This document shows positions 23,615 to 24,480 of a DNA stretch of 24,480 nt, one piece after another. The stretch is from a virus (Duplodnaviria > Caudoviricetes), in IMG/VR virus record IMGVR_UViG_3300005805_000474, positions 1 to 24,480 of that record, one strand, 5' to 3'. Position 1 is the first letter of the stretch, and each line of letters opens with the position of its first letter. The notes beneath the pieces were generated by a model. It was not told where the DNA came from. It saw only the letters and a list, made by a program, of their open reading frames with translations, and searched no databases. The translations under genes were made by a program, and so were the position numbers.

Positions 23615-24480
23615 CCTTTAAAGGAACACTTCTTCCTTACCAACCAGAGGCTGTAGAACGCATGTGTGACAGGACCAACATGCTTGTTGCCTACGACCTA
23701 GGGCTTGGAAAGACAGTTATAACAATAGCTGCTTTAGAAAAGTTAATGGATGAGAACAGGATTAAGGAGCCTGGTCTTATAATTTGTTTATCCTCACTGA
23801 AATATCAGTGGGCCTCACAGATAGAGAAATTTACAGATGGTACTTCAAACACTTTGGTCATTGATGGACCCCCAAAAAAACGTAAAGCCCAATATGCTGA
23901 AGCCATGGAGTGGCGGACCTCGGGAGTTGATTACGTCATTCTTAACTACGAGCAGGTTGTTAATGACTGGGCTGCCGTGTCAAAACTGCCCAGAGGATTT
24001 GTCGTCCTTGACGAAGCAACCGCAATCAAATCTTTCCGTTCAAAACGGTCAAGAGCAGTAAAGAAGTTAAACAATGCGCCTTTTAGATTTGCCCTTACTG
24101 GCACACCAATTGAGAACGGTAAGCCTGAAGAGTTGTATAGCATTATGCAGTTTGTCGACCCCAACGTACTTGGTCGGTTTGATATCTTTGATGCAGCTTT
24201 TATAGTTCGTAACAGTTGGGGTGGAGTTAATTATTATAGAAATTTACCAACGCTCCACGGTAAGATGAAAGAAGCCGCTGTTCGTAAAGCGCAGAAAGAC
24301 CCTGATGTAGCTCCGTTTTTGCCAGATACTATCCACAAAGACCCTATACGAATTCCCATGGATAGAAAAATGGCTAAGTTGTACAGTCGTATAACGTCAG
24401 ATTTGTTGCAAGATTTAGATGACGCACAAGTCCTGTTTGGGTCTTCTTTTAACATTCTGGCCCATTACGGGGTTGAGTCC
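23611..24480 (+). CDS. SNF2-family helicase/ATPase (3'-truncated)
   Basis: Not in the ORF track because it runs off the window. MTFKGTLLPYQ...YDLGLGKT, SLKYQW..QIEKF, ILNYE, VVLDEATAIK, ALTGTPIEN..EELYSIMQFVDP; ATGA overlap with the primase. Confidence 0.92.
   Translation, partial: MTFKGTLLPYQPEAVERMCDRTNMLVAYDLGLGKTVITIAALEKLMDENRIKEPGLIICLSSLKYQWASQIEKFTDGTSNTLVIDGPPKKRKAQYAEAMEWRTSGVDYVILNYEQVVNDWAAVSKLPRGFVVLDEATAIKSFRSKRSRAVKKLNNAPFRFALTGTPIENGKPEELYSIMQFVDPNVLGRFDIFDAAFIVRNSWGGVNYYRNLPTLHGKMKEAAVRKAQKDPDVAPFLPDTIHKDPIRIPMDRKMAKLYSRITSDLLQDLDDAQVLFGSSFNILAHYGVES

Noticed and set aside
49-24455. Other minus-strand and nested alternate-frame ORFs in the track (e.g. 128-481, 3284-3637, 3418-3684, 4542-4769, 21689-22081, 23837-24061)
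   Set aside because: All lie within well-supported + strand genes and have compositions expected of shadow frames.

Overview
A 24.5-kb piece of a tailed dsDNA bacteriophage genome with a contractile (myovirus-type) tail. All credible genes lie on the + strand and many are coupled by ATGA/TAATG overlaps. Gene order: 3' part of a Ser/Thr-rich fibre-like protein; a tiny ORF; a GT2 glycosyltransferase with TPR-like C-terminus; a putative neck protein; five tandem very small Lys/Arg-rich genes; an intrinsic terminator and a structured intergenic leader; a tail module (tail completion, sheath, T4 gp19-like tube, assembly chaperone, tape measure with SLT-like muramidase domain, tube initiator, LysM/gpX wedge, hub, spike, gp25, baseplate J and I/gp7-like); a small membrane protein; then a replication module (acidic-tail protein, wHTH initiator, DnaC-like loader, SWIM finger, DnaB helicase, DnaG-type primase, 5' part of an SNF2 helicase). 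A low-GC actinobacterial host is a weak inference. Several real genes are missing from the supplied ORF track (1166-1276, 3033-3206, 3360-3527, 3836-4015, 7969-8121, 23611->end). Most notable: an apparent +1 frameshift at TTT_CGC in the tail chaperone; a needle-less spike whose OB-fold is split by a C1q-like domain; the basic microprotein array, including one with a HypB-like MCxxCGC N-terminus; a candidate origin inside the initiator gene; and a repeated promoter-like motif lying within an RBS-sequestering hairpin. All family assignments come from motif recognition by eye, not from database searches.
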